Origin: Octopus vulgaris
Taxonomy: Eukaryota
Direction: 5' to 3'
Assembly (NCBI GenBank): GCA_951406725.2
Contig: OX597815.1
Location: 125,426,001 to 125,490,000 of the forward strand
Length of the DNA stretch: 64,000 nt
Numbering within the stretch: the first letter of the stretch is position 1; every line of letters starts with the position of its first letter. Under the pieces are notes generated by a model that worked only from the letters and a program-made list of their open reading frames with translations, was not told the DNA's origin and did not search any database. The translations under genes were made by a program, and so were the position numbers. Positions 13,219-26,374 of the stretch are shown piece after piece.

Positions 13219-14915
13219 ATTTATTTTGCTTGAACAAGGTGTTGATTATCTCAGGAGTATAACAGAAGACACTTGCCCAAGGTGCTATGCAGTGGGACTG
13301 AACCCCAAACTACATAGTTTGGAAGCCAACTCCTTAATCACATAGCCACTATGGTTGTATGAAAAAAATACTTTAATGGCTGGTATAGTAAAAGCATTGT
13401 GTGATACTATTCCACTGAGATCCCTTGGTTCTATGATACAAACTTCCTGTTTTAAAGTGATATAAATTGAAATCACACATCAACATTTCCTAATTTATGT
13501 TCCAGATACCAGTTTAATAATAACAAAGTTATTTTATTAAATCCTTTGTTATATTAAAAATTAACAGATACAAATGCAGCATATTTCAATATAAATATGA
13601 CGAAAAAAAGTTATTACAAGAAGTGAGAAGATGCATTGGAGACAAGAAATTACAGGGATTTCAAGCAAATGGATAGTGTAGTAAAAAGATGGGGTAATAA
13701 AGAATCACATGGCTGGAGTTAAATAGTTTTCAGTTGAATAGGGCATATTTTGGGTATAAAAAGTCAAAGAATTACAGATGTTTTATATTTAGTGACTGAC
13801 TGGGTTCACTCATTGTTTTGATGAATGAGGGTTCAGCAAGTGTGCTGGTGTCTTGGTCTGCTGAAGAACCTGCATGATGGATATTATTATAGTGGCCATG
13901 GTTTGTACAGAACAGTCCCACTCTCATGACACTTGTTGCACAAAAGCAATATGTAATATAATCACAGAGTACTCCATGCTTCATTTCCCACTGAACTTAC
14001 AATAATCTTCACTTTGACCCCTATCAAACATCAAGCAGTAAGCTTTCTCCAAGCTACAGAGAATGAAAACCTATTAATACCATTTACTAGATTAACTACT
14101 GGCAATTAGAACTAAGAATTAATTTTCAAACTTGTACTGTTCTAGTGCAAGTGTCATGATCCCCGTAATTTTCAGAAAGTAGGATTTGTATGGAGTTACC
14201 TTCTCTCAGATCAGTAGCTTAAGAGCTTTAAGGGGTTCATCTGTCTGCTAGGGTGCCTGTGAGTGACCTTTTTGAAGAGATAATTCAGTGACATAATAAT
14301 TAACCCATAGCTGGAACCCTGACAGCTGATCTGGAAACAATAGTGACTAAGAGGTGGTTCCACACTTCTCAAAATCCTGCAATTCCCAAACCAGGGCCTC
14401 ACTACCTGATGCAGTTTAAATTCATATCCAGGACAATATCTAGTGAAACTACTCTAAAAAATGTATGAAGCAAAATTATAAAATTAATACTTAGTTCTAA
14501 TTACCATTTGTTAATCTAGTAAATGATATTAATAGGTTTTTTATTCTTTGTAGCTTGGAAAGCAGTAAGAAAGCTTACTGTTTGATGTGTGTATGGGTTA
14601 AAAGGAAGATTAGAAGTGAATTCAGTAGGAAATGAAGCATAGTGTGCACTGTGATCATATTACAATTTCATCAATAACCTTGAAATTACTATGCTAGAGG
14701 TTGAAATTTGACACCTACAAGAACATGTATTTATTGGAAATACAGTTTTCATTACATACTCAATCAAACCACTAGAATAAAAATTAGCAATGTGAAAAGA
14801 TTGGACTTGTTTCAGAATTTCTGAAGAGAAATATAGACAAGAGTAAAACACATCTTGATGAGAGAGGTCATAAAAACCGACGAACATCAAGGAAATTCAG
14901 AAACTTTATATGTAA

Positions 14916-15312
14916 CTAGCAGTATCGCCCGGCGTTGCTCGGGTTTGTAAGGGAAATAACTATATAAGCATTTTTAGAGAGTTATAGCCAAAAATTAGCA
15001 AAATAATGCATTAAAAATGGAAAAAAAATTATGGTAAATTTTTTTTTAAATCGTTGACTCATCGTAGACATTTTTAGAGAGTTACTTCCCTTATATGATA
15101 GCGAAAAATGCATTAAAATGGAAAAAAATGATGGTAAATTTTTTTTTAAATCGTAGACTCATCGCAGACGCGCGCTAATACCAAGAAGGGCTCGATATGA
15201 ATCACGACTATAAGATACCCGGTTTTGGTTAAACTGCACCGCAAAATGTGGGAGTAGTTAGGAATCTAAATCGTTGGAGACAGACACACAACCTTACTTT
15301 TATATATAAAGA
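14916..15312 (-). mobile_element. Non-autonomous Helitron
   Basis: Minus strand A|TCtttatatataaa ... CCCGAGCAACGCCGGG hairpin ... CTAG|T: canonical termini and AT target; contains an internal duplication. Confidence 0.85.
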
Positions 15313-15498
15313 TGAGAAATAAGGAAATTAATATTTTACAACTGAGCAAAAAATGGTCCCAAGTGTGTTGTAGAATCTCTGGTAAACTGGTAAGGAACCA
15401 ACGCTTTTGGTGCACCAAATAAGCAAGAATAAAACAACAGGAACTGTTCACATAGCTGCTTAAAGATTTTATTTATGTGTGTGTGTGTGTTTTCTTAG

Positions 15499-15557
15499 GT
15501 GATACAAATCATACTAGAAGTGGGGATACAGTTAGAAATCTTTCTGCTTTCGAAAAG
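15499..15557 (+). other. Candidate orphan internal exon
   Basis: ttttcttag| 59 nt |GTAAGT with AAG before the donor; open in two frames; no protein recognised. Confidence 0.4.
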
Positions 15558-15770
15558 GTAAGTTAGATTAGAAATATTTCAGAATTGTGATATTGTGCGT
15601 TGGTGAAGGCAGGTCTGCAGTAATTAGGGAGTAATATATTAATTATGATCCAGCAGTATTGCAAAGCACACTTCGAAGTTGTCTATAAAATACATTTATT
15701 GATTTAGGCTACAAAAAGAATTAGATGCAGGGGAGATAATTTCATTCTTATGCCGATTCGAAAACTGAAG

Positions 15771-15823
<53 letters not shown>

Positions 15824-16054
15824 GTGTGTGTGTACTTCTTTATTCACCATAAGGTTGAGAAAAAGAAGGGACAAAACAAACGTTGGGGGTCAGGGTATCG
15901 GATGAGACGAAACATATGAATAAACAAACAATTAAAATATATACAACTAAATGAGAATGAGTGATTAACAAAAAATGAAGCGGAGGACGTAGTTGACCCC
16001 ACAAACCACATACTCACACTGAAGACCTTGATTTCTCCTTTTCTACATTCCCGA

Positions 16055-19000
16055 TTAAACAGGTTCTTTCACTCGCAACATACTTGCTATAGACTTCCAT
16101 CTTTTACGAAACACACTTTGCGACAGATATTTCTTCTCCAGCCTTATTTTCCGTTTCATGTGGAAAACGAAAAAGTCGATTAGCTCGAGACTGGAGATAA
16201 ACATGCCTGTTGCAATTCCTTTTACTCTCGTCTTCCACACTACTTCTTTCGCCATAGCAACTACCGAAAGAAAACAGGCTCGCTTCTCCCTATTCAGGAA
16301 GGTCGACGGAACTATCTTAATTACAGATTCGCTCGACAGTTGTACTCTTCTCGAATGCGACAGCAGGTGTTCGACATAAGCCCAGAGTTCAGTCACCTTC
16401 GGACATTGCACAATCGCGTGCAGGACAGTTTCACTGTCCCTCTTACATCTTGCACAAACCGGCGAAGGTGCACACCCATGTCTAAAGAGCTTATCTCGAA
16501 CCGGTAAAGCTCCTCTGTAACATTGCCAGGCCAGGGACTTTTGGTAATTATCCATAGGCCCCGGACCGAATGTTCTTTGGAACAGGTTGGCCAGTTGATT
16601 TTCGTCGAAGCCCAGAGTTTCTCCTAGGACGTCGTCACACTTAAACTCTACTAATCCTCTATAGAAGAACGAGGTAGTACCCCCGCCACCGGCGTTGCCC
16701 GACTGGGAGAGAAGCACGAGTGCCTGATAGCACTCTGCATGCCACATGCCCAACCTCGGTCTACACTTGATCCATGGGTTCAGTTCGTTAAACGATGTGA
16801 ACTGTGGAAATAACAGCTTGACAAACGGAGACCACACCTGCTCACCGTCCAGGTAAATCCCGAGGTGCCTAAGCCTGAGCGCATTTTTAGCCACGGCATC
16901 CCTAATCCACCCTTCAGCGGCTTTTGGCAGCAAATAGAGCGCCTTACAAGAGGTCTGCTGCCCCTCCACAAAAAGCGAAAGAGCATGCGTTCCAGTTTCT
17001 TCAGCCACGAATCGGGGCAAGGCACGACGGTTAGGCGGTAAGTGATAACAGAGGCGATAAACACTTCTGCAACCTCCGCCCTCCCTTTCAAGGACAGCTT
17101 CCGCTCAGACCATGTCTGAGTTAGGAGAACCACCTTTCTCGCCACCTCGCTCCAGTTCTTCTCTATCTGGAGATCTGGACCTAGCCAGATTCCAAGCATT
17201 TTCACCGGTCCTTCCGTCCAACGTCCTACGACGCTGTCGGAAGACATCGAGTTGCAAGCCGACCGATTTATCCCGGTTGACTTTCGCTTCTGCCACCGCT
17301 TCGTAGTCCCTTAAGGCCTCACCCACCCACTGTAGGTGCTCGACTCGGGAAACGATGACGGTGATGTCGTCCGCATATGCCGAAGCTGACTTTCCGCACC
17401 CTAGATCTTGCGGAGTGCCTCTCATAGTTTCCAACCTCCTCAGCAACGACTCGATGGCCAAAATGTAGAGAAGCGGGGAGAGAGGACACCCTTGACGTAC
17501 CGAACGTTCAATGCTGAACGGCTCCGAAAGGAAACCATTTACCCGAACTACCGATTCGATGTTGCTGTATAAAGCGATGATCCATCCGCGGAAGGTCGGG
17601 CCGAAGCCAGCCGCCGCGAGGACCGCCGCCAGATACTGATGGTCCACCCTATCAAACGCTTTCGATTGGTCCAAGTGGACCATAACCCCACCCTTGCCAG
17701 GAATCCTATTTACCCTTTCTAAGGCATAGCGTAGAAAGTGGAGATTGTCGTGGATGGTCCTTCCAGGGATGGGCAAGTTTGCGCCTCGCCAACAAGTTCA
17801 CCCACGACCCGCGCCAACCTTTTTGTTAAAACCTTGGCCAAGATCTTCAACTCTGCGTTAAGCAGAGTGATAGGCCGAAAATTCTCAATTAAATCCCCCT
17901 TGTTTGGGTCCTTTCTTAACAGCGCTACCACCCCTCGGCTCACAGACTTAGGAATTCTCCCGTTCTGCTGCCAGTTGGTGTACACGCATGAAAGTAGGTG
18001 CCCAAACAAGTCTGGCATGCTACTATAGAGTTCGTAAGGCAGACCATCGAGTCCCGGCGATTTGTCCCCGCCGCATTCTGCCAACATATCCTTGACTTCT
18101 TTGGCTGTGATCGGCGCCTCACAAGATTCCGCATCCGGCCCTGATAGACGCGGCGAACCGGCCAGGAAGTCTGCGAGCTTCTCCCCGCGCTCCAGCTCGC
18201 CGTTCCTCCCGAATAGCTGGGCGAAATGATCATGAAACACCTTGCACATCTCCTCGGGTTCGTTTACTAATCGACCATTTGGGCCCGTCAAGGATCGAAT
18301 GGTTGAGTTGTTGCCACGCTGGCCCTCTACCACCCGGGCCCATCCGGCTGCGTTGATCCCTTCCTGTCTCATTGCACGGATCTTAGCCCTGACAATGCAC
18401 CCTTCATGTTTAGCTTTGAGATGTTGGTCGAGTGCTAACATCGCCGCTAACACTTTCGATGCACTGCCTGACCTCATTGCCTCCTCTATTGCCTTAACTA
18501 GTTCCTTTTCTACTTTGTTTCTAGCACTAGCTAGTTCTTTGCTAAACCTAATTGACTCAAATTTGATGGCTCTTTTCAGGACATACCACCATTTGTTGTT
18601 GATAATGGATCCGGTTAACGCCCTCATTACTAATTGTTTAATCCGATTCCTGTAGGCTTCACAGTCCAATAGTGACTTGTTTAGCTTCCAGTAACCGGTA
18701 CCTCGTCTACACATGCTATCTATGTCGAGCGAACAGGTCACTAATTTGTGATCGCTGTAGCTGACGATATGGTGTTGTGGACAGCTATGTATTTTCTTAT
18801 CTTTCCTTCTAGTTATGATTCTATCGATGTAAGATCTGGACGACCCGTTGTTTCTTACCCAGGTCCACGCTGGAGTGTCTGGATGGTCCAGTCTGAATCT
18901 ATCTGCCAATTCGAAACGACTTAGCATATCGTTGAGGTGAGGTAATCTCCTCCTATTCTTTCTCGAGCCAACATAATCTACGCTTGCATCGCAAATTATG

Positions 19001-19432
19001 TTGAAGTCACCTAGCAATACTAACGTGTTCGACGTGCCAAGAAAATTCTCTAGGCTTTTGAAATACTCTTTCTGTCCGGCTTTTCCTTCGCAGGGAGCAT
19101 AGACACTGAACACTTTACCACTGCTGTGCGTCACATCCAAAACGACCAACATGCCTTCCGGATCTATAAAGACAGTTCTAATCTCTAAATCCAGGTTTTT
19201 CTTGACTAGCACTGCCACTCCTCCGCCCCCTCCAGGTCGACAGGGAAAAACGTATTTCTCGTAGCCGTTTAGAAGGGGCGTAAAGGCCTGCAGCCCACTC
19301 AGTCTGGATTCGGTAATTACCACAACATCCAAACGATGTAGCCTTGCTTCCAATACGACCCCAACATCCAAAGAGGTAGCCTTGCTTCCAATACGACCCC
19401 AGGCCGCGAATATTTATACAACCGAGTTTAAA
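16055..19432 (-). pseudogene. Tx1-like ORF2 (APE endonuclease, reverse transcriptase, CCHC), frameshifted
   Basis: APE motifs GCINIRGL, VVITES, LLGDFN, SYIDRI, SDHK. RT motifs KSPGLDG, NFRPITLLN, LDQSKAFDRV, RQGCPLSPLLY, AYADD. Also KGGLGMP and CARC..ETVLHAIVQC. Split over four ORFs by small indels. Confidence 0.92.
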
Positions 19433-19466
19433 CGAGAATGTGAAAAATTAGTCGAAAGTTTAAAAC

Positions 19467-21092
19467 TTACTGTTTTAACGGAAGAGAGGGTGTAGTTTCA
19501 CCCTCCTCTTTTCTGTCTGTGAGTGTTGTGTTTTGCGAGGTCAGTTTTTTTGCGAATTGCCTGTACAGATGGCTTGAAAAGTTCATCTGTAACGGACTTA
19601 CATCCTCCGCAAAGGTTTTTTTTATTTCAAAATAATCAGCGTTATTTATTGTATAAAATTCTACATTTTCAGAAATAGTATTTATATCTGTTACGATATA
19701 TTTTTTCACCGATTTCATTAAAATAATTTTTTCTCTTAATGGGTTATTGTTTTTATTTATCGCCGTGAAGGTGTTTCTTTGTTTTTTGTTAGGCGATTGT
19801 GGAGGGGGGTGTTTGTGGGTGTGTGTGTGCTTGTAGAAGCGTGGGTGTTTGTAGGTGCGTGCGTGCTTGTGGTAGGTGTGTGTGTGTTTGTGTGTGTTTT
19901 TTCCAGTGTGTGTGTGTTTTTGGCTACGTGTGTGTTTGCGACTGTATTTGTGAGTGTGGGTGTGCTTGTCTGTGTCGGAGTATAGTCCTGTGTATCCGAA
20001 GAGGGTGGATTTTTCCGTTTCCGTCTTCTTTTTTGAAGGTTCTGTGGTGACCCACTCCTGGATGTTGTTGTTGTCATCGTTGTTGTTGTTGTCATCATTG
20101 TTGTTGTTGTTGTCGTTGTTTTCTCCCGTTGTCGGCTGCACTTCGGCAATTGGGGCGCGCGACGTGGCTGCTATTTCTAGCGGTGAAGTTGTTTTCGGCG
20201 TCGTGCTTGCCTCTGCAGTATTTTCTTTGGCTGTCTTCTTGCAGCTCGACCTTATGTGGCCTTTCTCGCCACATTTATAACACCTAGGTTTTCTTCCCTC
20301 GACTATTACCATCAAGCTGGTATTATCTCCAATGGTGAGGGAGCTTGGCAATTTTTCCAAGTCCGAGGGGTTCGCTTGGATCACAAGCTCTAAGTCTTGT
20401 CCATACCAGGTCATGGGGCGATATCTCTTAGACTGAAGAATGGCATTTTCTTCCTCTTTGATAAGAGAATCGCTGCTATTATAAAGTCCACATCTATTTC
20501 GGGCGGAATGTCCGTGACCGTTATTCTGGAAGTTCTCATCCCTAAATAAAAAGGTAGAAGAACTACATCGTCTGACTTCAACGTTCTTGTTGAATGTTCC
20601 CTAGCTTTTTCTTCGCTAGGGAAACGCACCTCTACCGTGCCGAAGCGACTACCCCTTGTTATATAAGTAGTTTGTTGCCATATCGGCCTCAAACATTTTT
20701 CTATCGCTTCCCTCGGCACGAAGTCAATTTTCTTATTTTTCACATTATATGTCTTGTATATGACAGTTTTTTTCTCCGTCGCGTAAATTAATTCACTGGG
20801 AGGGAACAACTTCACATTATCCCCTTTTTTTTAATAAACTTTGGTATTTCTTTAATCCTTCTTTGTTAATAACGATGTTTTCACAGGGGCGAGTTGCTGC
20901 ACTTGCAAAATTTATTTTTGACTTTTCCTGTTGTGTAGTAGCTTCGCCAGACATCTTATCGTCTGCTTTTGTAACGAGCGCCTGAGACGTCTCTTTACTT
21001 TTACCTTCCTCCTCCCACATTTTCGCCTTCATGCCTTCAAACAAATTTTCAACGTTTTCCTCCGACTCGGAGGAGATTGGTTGCAAATTCAT
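19467..21092 (-). pseudogene. Tx1-like ORF1 (gag-like nucleic-acid chaperone), two frameshifts
   Basis: Three abutting ORF pieces. Removing one A in the A8G4 run near 20825 gives LLKKGDNVKLFPP; a second shift lies near 20460. CYKCGEKGHIRSSC zinc knuckle. Confidence 0.8.
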
Positions 21093-21249
21093 GTTTTTCG
21101 TCGATTCCCCCTTGAAACAAGGGGGAAAGAACAGCAGAACTCTGCTGCAACAGCAGAAAAGAAGTGGCCTCGACGACCAAAACAGCAAATTTTCAAACTT
21201 TTCAGCACAAAAACAATCTTTCACTGCGGAGCAAAGAATAACACGACCG

Positions 21250-21343
<94 letters not shown>

Positions 21344-22697
21344 TAGGGCTTTAAGGCGGATAAAACACAGTGTTTACGCACAGGAAGAAATGTTGGAAAT
21401 TCTTTTCACCATGGAATAATGAATCGTTTAAAGACAATGATAATCACAAGCGCAGGCTTAGGTGTGTAGTTAAGAAGTTCGCTTCGCAAATTCATGGTTT
21501 TGAGTTCTGTCCTACGGAGGAAAGACTAATGCCTTGAGAGTGAATTTGGTAGATGAAAGCCCATAATGTGTGTGTATGTCTTTACTTTTGTTCCACCACC
21601 ATTATCACTGACAATCGGTGTTGGCCTATTTACCTTCTCATATCGTAGCAAATCAGTAAAAAAAGACCAGTAGGATAAGTACTGAATCAAAAGAAAATCA
21701 AGTACCGGACGAGCGGGGTGGGGCAGTGTGATCGATTAGACTCTTCATAGTAGTGACCCAACATGACCACAGTCCAATGAATGAAACTACTTTGAAGAAA
21801 TTTGCTAAAACCTTGAAATATACTACATTATGCTTCCATATGTAAGAAGTGTTATAGATTCCAAAATAAATTGTAACATTAAAATAGATAAAATTATTTG
21901 GAGTTGTCTCCCATAATTAAAACAACTCCCAAAACAAAACAATTTACTAAAATGATGGGGACTAATTTTCCCTTAAAAGTTTGTATTTGATCTTATTTGA
22001 GCTTTTTAATATTCCTTAAGTTAAATATATTTTACCAACTTCACAGAATTATTTAATTATTAAATATTGATAATATCTTATTTCTCCCTCCTAGGAACAT
22101 TCAGTGTGCATATGGATCCAAACCATCAAACCAGTTCGTAATTTATTTTTTTTCTGTAAAGTTTAGTCAAGAGAAAAACCTGAAATTCGTGATTTTGTAC
22201 AACGCTTATTGTCCAGACAGGCGAGACTGACATAGTTGTCCATCATTTGAACATTTACGTAGCCGATAATTGCTGGAAAATTGTGGCAATGGAAGGACAT
22301 TCTTGAAAAGAAGGACCGGAAGGATGAGAGAGTTATTAAATGTTGGAAAATTAATCAATCTACATTTTTCTGTGGGTCTATTCTGTTCTTGTTTCTAGCC
22401 ATTGGCATGATTAAGTCTTTTTTTTAAAAGAGATTTTACTATCATAGGGAATGAATATACGTAGAAGCTTCTCTGATGGATCATGTGAATGCATTTCGAT
22501 TAACATTACATGAAAATGTAAGATATCGTTTTAAAAATCTACAAAGAGAAGGTCATGGCATTGCATAGAATTTTAATAAATATAATCGTAAAAAGTAGAT
22601 ACGCATCAAAAGAACATAATGCAGGGGAGGAAACCATCAACCTTCCTTGAATTTTAAAGGGAGGTAACTCCCATAAACCACGTTTTGCACGAACACA

Positions 22698-22722
22698 ATG
22701 GCGGCTCTTTGTAATGTCCGAA
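22698..22722 (+). CDS. MRPL10: MRPL10 exon 1 (MAALCNVR + phase-1 donor)
   Basis: acaATGGCGGCTCTTTGTAATGTCCGAA|GTAAGT: good start context and consensus donor. Phase 1 joins exon 2 in frame (A+AT=Asn). Start resembles a mitochondrial presequence. Confidence 0.8.
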
Positions 22723-23597
22723 GTAAGTGATAAAATATTTGTGTTAATAACTGAATAATCTTTATATGTTAGCGTTATTCTGCCGGGTAAAAGATTTTCG
22801 AAATAGCGAGTAAAGATTTCGAAGTGTGAAGTGGCATCATTATGCATGTTAAATGTAGTAATTCACATCATTGTTCATAGACAAGGTCATTTGTCATTCA
22901 CTCAAAACAGTTATCCCTATTCAAGGCAATACATTTTCTTGTCCCTTATAATATATAGTGTGTGCGTACGTGCATGGATACGTATGTACATGTGCATGCA
23001 TCAATATGATGCCTTTTTGTTGTTAAAACGTTTAATTACAATAAATGTTTAATTCAAAAAGTGCAACTATCAACTCCCTATGTAGTTGGTGTTAACGTTG
23101 TTTAGTCGAGATCAGCTTTGGTTTCACAGATCTGACCATAGGCAATGAAGGATGACCGCCCATCATCTTTTATAACTACGACTGCAAAACAGTTAGGTGT
23201 AATTTCAAGTAGTTTGACTTATTTCTACCAGATCAAGCGATCAACATTGGTCCGAGAAGTATATGTATAGTTAAACCGGTACCGTGCCCGTGTCTTTATT
23301 ATGACTATTTACGTTCTGATTTCAGGCGGAAGTAAAGAATATGTACTTCACCTGTTTTCAGCATAACAAAATCCCAAACCCTAAACCTACCCACCCTGTG
23401 TGCGTATTCTTTACTTTCGCCCTGATTTCATATTCTGCCGAGGTCGAATTTGTCTTTCGTCCTTTCGTAGTCGAGAAAATAAGTACCAGTTGAACACTGA
23501 AGTCGATGTTACTGACTTCCCCTTCCCCTCAAAATTGCTGGCCTTGTGCCAAAAAATTCGAATTATGGAGCATGGTTTGAATTCATTTAGCTTTTAA

Positions 23598-23982
23598 TGG
23601 TAGCTAATGCAGATTCGCCCCTCACCTTGAAAAATGCATTTTTCTGAAAAAGTTTATTCTGATTCCCTTGTCTGAGATTATAAATAGGCAAAATAAATAA
23701 ATAAATTTTCAAAATTTTAAGCCCCGCCATGTTAAAATGTATTGTTGTATATTGAAATGTGGAAATTTTGTTAAAGCTGGTATGTAAAGTGCACTTTCTA
23801 TGTTTATTTAGGCTAAAATTGGATGTGTGTGTGTGTGTGGAGGGGTGGGGTGTGTCTAAAATTAAAAAACTTTTTTTTTTGTATATTTGTTATCTCCGAC
23901 ATGTAAAATCTAGGTATCCGAATAGACTTTTTCAGAAAAATGCAATTTTCAAGGTGAGGTGTGATTCTGCATTAGCCCCCTT
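23598..23982. mobile_element. MITE with about 70-bp TIRs and TTAA flanks (Kolobok-like)
   Basis: gctaatgcagattcgcccctcaccttgaaaaatgcatttttctgaaaaagt is mirrored at 23915-23980; TTAA at 23594 and 23983. Confidence 0.7.
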
Positions 23983-24879
23983 TTAATGATATTACAAAGA
24001 CTGATTAACCAAATTGTATTATATTGTAAGAGATTGATAATGGTTCCTTTTTGCTTGTGACAAACAAAATTCTTTGTGGTACTTAGCTAGAACTCCTTAC
24101 ATTCAGAGTCCTTCCTCAGGTCAACTTTGCTTTCAATCTTCTGGGGGTCGATAAGATGAAGACTGGAGTCGATATAGTCTACATCATCTCCACATATGAC
24201 CATGTGTCTGTGTACAAAAATCATTATTATTATAGTTCATAAATAAAGAAAAGATTATGGTCTATAATAAGGTGTTTGGTAGCAGAGTGTGGGGTACGTT
24301 GGGCAAATTATCTTGGGGAATGTAATTATGTCCTTTGTTTTCTGATTTCAACTTCTGCCTAGATAAATGTTGCCTTTCTTTCCTCCAATGTCAATGAAGT
24401 AAGTATCAGTCATGTACTTAATTTAGTTTACTCAATGCAGAATTTATGGCTCTTGTGCCAGTGTTATTACAGTCTGTTAGCCTTTGATTGTGAAAAATAG
24501 CATGTGAAATTAGCTGGTTTGTTAGAGCATTGAATAAAATGTCTTGTGGCATCGATTCCAGCTCTTTGTACTTTGAGTTCCCATCTTGTTGGGGGTCATC
24601 TCCATCTTTTTGGGGTTGTTAAATAAAGTACCACCCTAGCACTTGAGTTGATTCTTTTCTCTCTCTCTATCTCAAAGAAATTAGCTGTTGTCAGACTGAA
24701 GTTGGAAGGGTTCTGCCAGATTTCAATATGCTAGACATTATGAGTAACAGCAGTACCCCTTCAACATCAGGAGTTGAAGGGGCCAAGGAAATAATAACAA
24801 AAAATGCTGCATGTTTATTATTATCTACTGTAGTTTCTTCAGGAAGATTTTGAACACAAATTCACTTCAGCTCTGCTGT

Positions 24880-25106
24880 TTAACTCTTTAGCATTCATAT
24901 TACTTCGTCAAATATAAAGCTTATTCATTCACATTGTTTTGAGTTAATCGTGCATTGTCTTGTAGCTTCAAAATTTCGATGCTATGATTGTTTATTTTAG
25001 AATGGCATTGTAGGATTGATATGAAAGGCTAGATCTGGCCAGTTTGAATATAAAACTGGTAGAATATTTGGGCAGGATATGGCTGGTTTAAGGGCCAAAG
25101 GATTAA
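24880..25106. mobile_element. piggyBac-like MITE (family A)
   Basis: TTAA-ctctttagcat ... aaagga-TTAA; second copy at 26158-26374. Confidence 0.7.
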
Positions 25107-25627
25107 AGGAATATTTATCAATCATTCAGCTGTAGAAGTTGTAAATTGAGCCTATTCCATGTCACCCATTTACATCTAGACACAGTAAGGTGCATGTGTT
25201 AAGATACTAGACATTGACTTATGAGCTGATATTGCAACGTTATTAGCTGTTAGTTTGCAGTTGAATTAATAAATGGATAAGTCTTTGAATTACTGGTTCA
25301 AAGGTTTTGAGTCAACTGGATCCACTTCATATGGATTGTATTTGTAATTCTATATTTCCCAGTTCAAGTAGCTATTGAGAATTAGTACCAAATTAACTGG
25401 GAATGTTATCTGAAAAATCTGGCATTATGTTCTGGGTAATAATCTCTCCTTCAAATAATACCTTGAAAGCTGGGCACCATCTCTTAAAAGCTGCTTGAGG
25501 CTTAAGGCACATTTACATAACATTTCAATGGGGTGATTGACTGTTTTCCAAATAAAAATTGTGGTTATGCTTAGTTAATAGAAATTCTGTTGTGATTAGA
25601 TACATTGTCAATAAATATTCTTTTCAG

Positions 25628-25818
25628 ATAAAATATTTCAACCACTCTTCAGCCAAGTACGTCACAGAAAAAGTTTTGATGTGCGCAAGCCTCCTCCTCC
25701 ATCCTTGATACATCGTTTAATAAACGAAGTAACTGCACCACTTGAAGTCTATAGACGAATACCTATGGCTGATCAGTGTTATATTGGAAAACTCGCCCAA
25801 TATACTTCCAGCAAACAG
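25628..25818 (+). CDS. MRPL10: MRPL10 exon 2
   Basis: ttttcag| ... CAG|GTAAT. Encodes NKIFQPLFSQVRHRKSFDVRKPPPPSLIHRLINEVTAP...SSKQ; 191 nt, phase 1 to 0. Confidence 0.88.
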
Positions 25819-26157
25819 GTAATCTTTTATATCTTTTTATACAGGTATCATGCATTTCAACACAGAGAATTAAAAAAAAATGTAACTTGAAACCAGTTTG
25901 TGAAATTGGTTTAGTTAGTACTGTTGTTGCTCAAGGTAAAACCGTTAGCTGGTCCTTTGGTGCCTTTAGTGGAGTTAACTCTGATGTGAGCAATCCATTT
26001 TTGATTCACATCTTTTCTTCAGTTTGTTCAGGATTGGCTTTGACTGCATCACTCTCACCACTTTGGGAAGGCTTCCCAAAGATCATTAGCCTTGCATCTC
26101 CTCACTAATCAATTTTTAAGTTCTGCATCTGAGTCACCTTTGAGTGTAGCATCTACA

Positions 26158-26374
26158 TTAACCCTTTAGCACTCACATTATTCTGTCAAAAGCAATGTTT
26201 TTTTTTATTCACATTGTTTTGAATTAATCATGCATTATCTTGTAGCTAGGAGGTAACTTAATTTTTAGAATGTTTCTATAGGGCTGGTGTGAGAGGCCAG
26301 AGTTGGCCAGTTTGAATATAAAACAGAAAGAATATTTTGGCTGGATACAGCTAGTTTAAATATTAAACGGTTAA
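26158..26374. mobile_element. piggyBac-like MITE (family A)
   Basis: TTAA-CCCTTTAGCA ... aaacgg-TTAA; collinear with 24880-25106. Confidence 0.7.

Larger units (their letters stand above)
15825..21252 (-). mobile_element. Near full-length Tx1/L1-clade non-LTR retrotransposon inserted in a (GA)n/(TC)n microsatellite
   Basis: GC-richer 5.4-kb block bounded by (AG)n at 15777-15824 and 21253-21338. ORF1 has a CCHC knuckle; ORF2 has APE, RT and C-terminal CCHC. Minus-strand AATAAA at 15839-15844 is followed by a short (AC)n tail. Confidence 0.92.

Noticed and set aside
20815-20835. A8G4 run as a programmed frameshift in Tx1 ORF1
   Set aside because: It needs a +1 shift and the element has several other indels; a homopolymer mutation or sequencing error is simpler.
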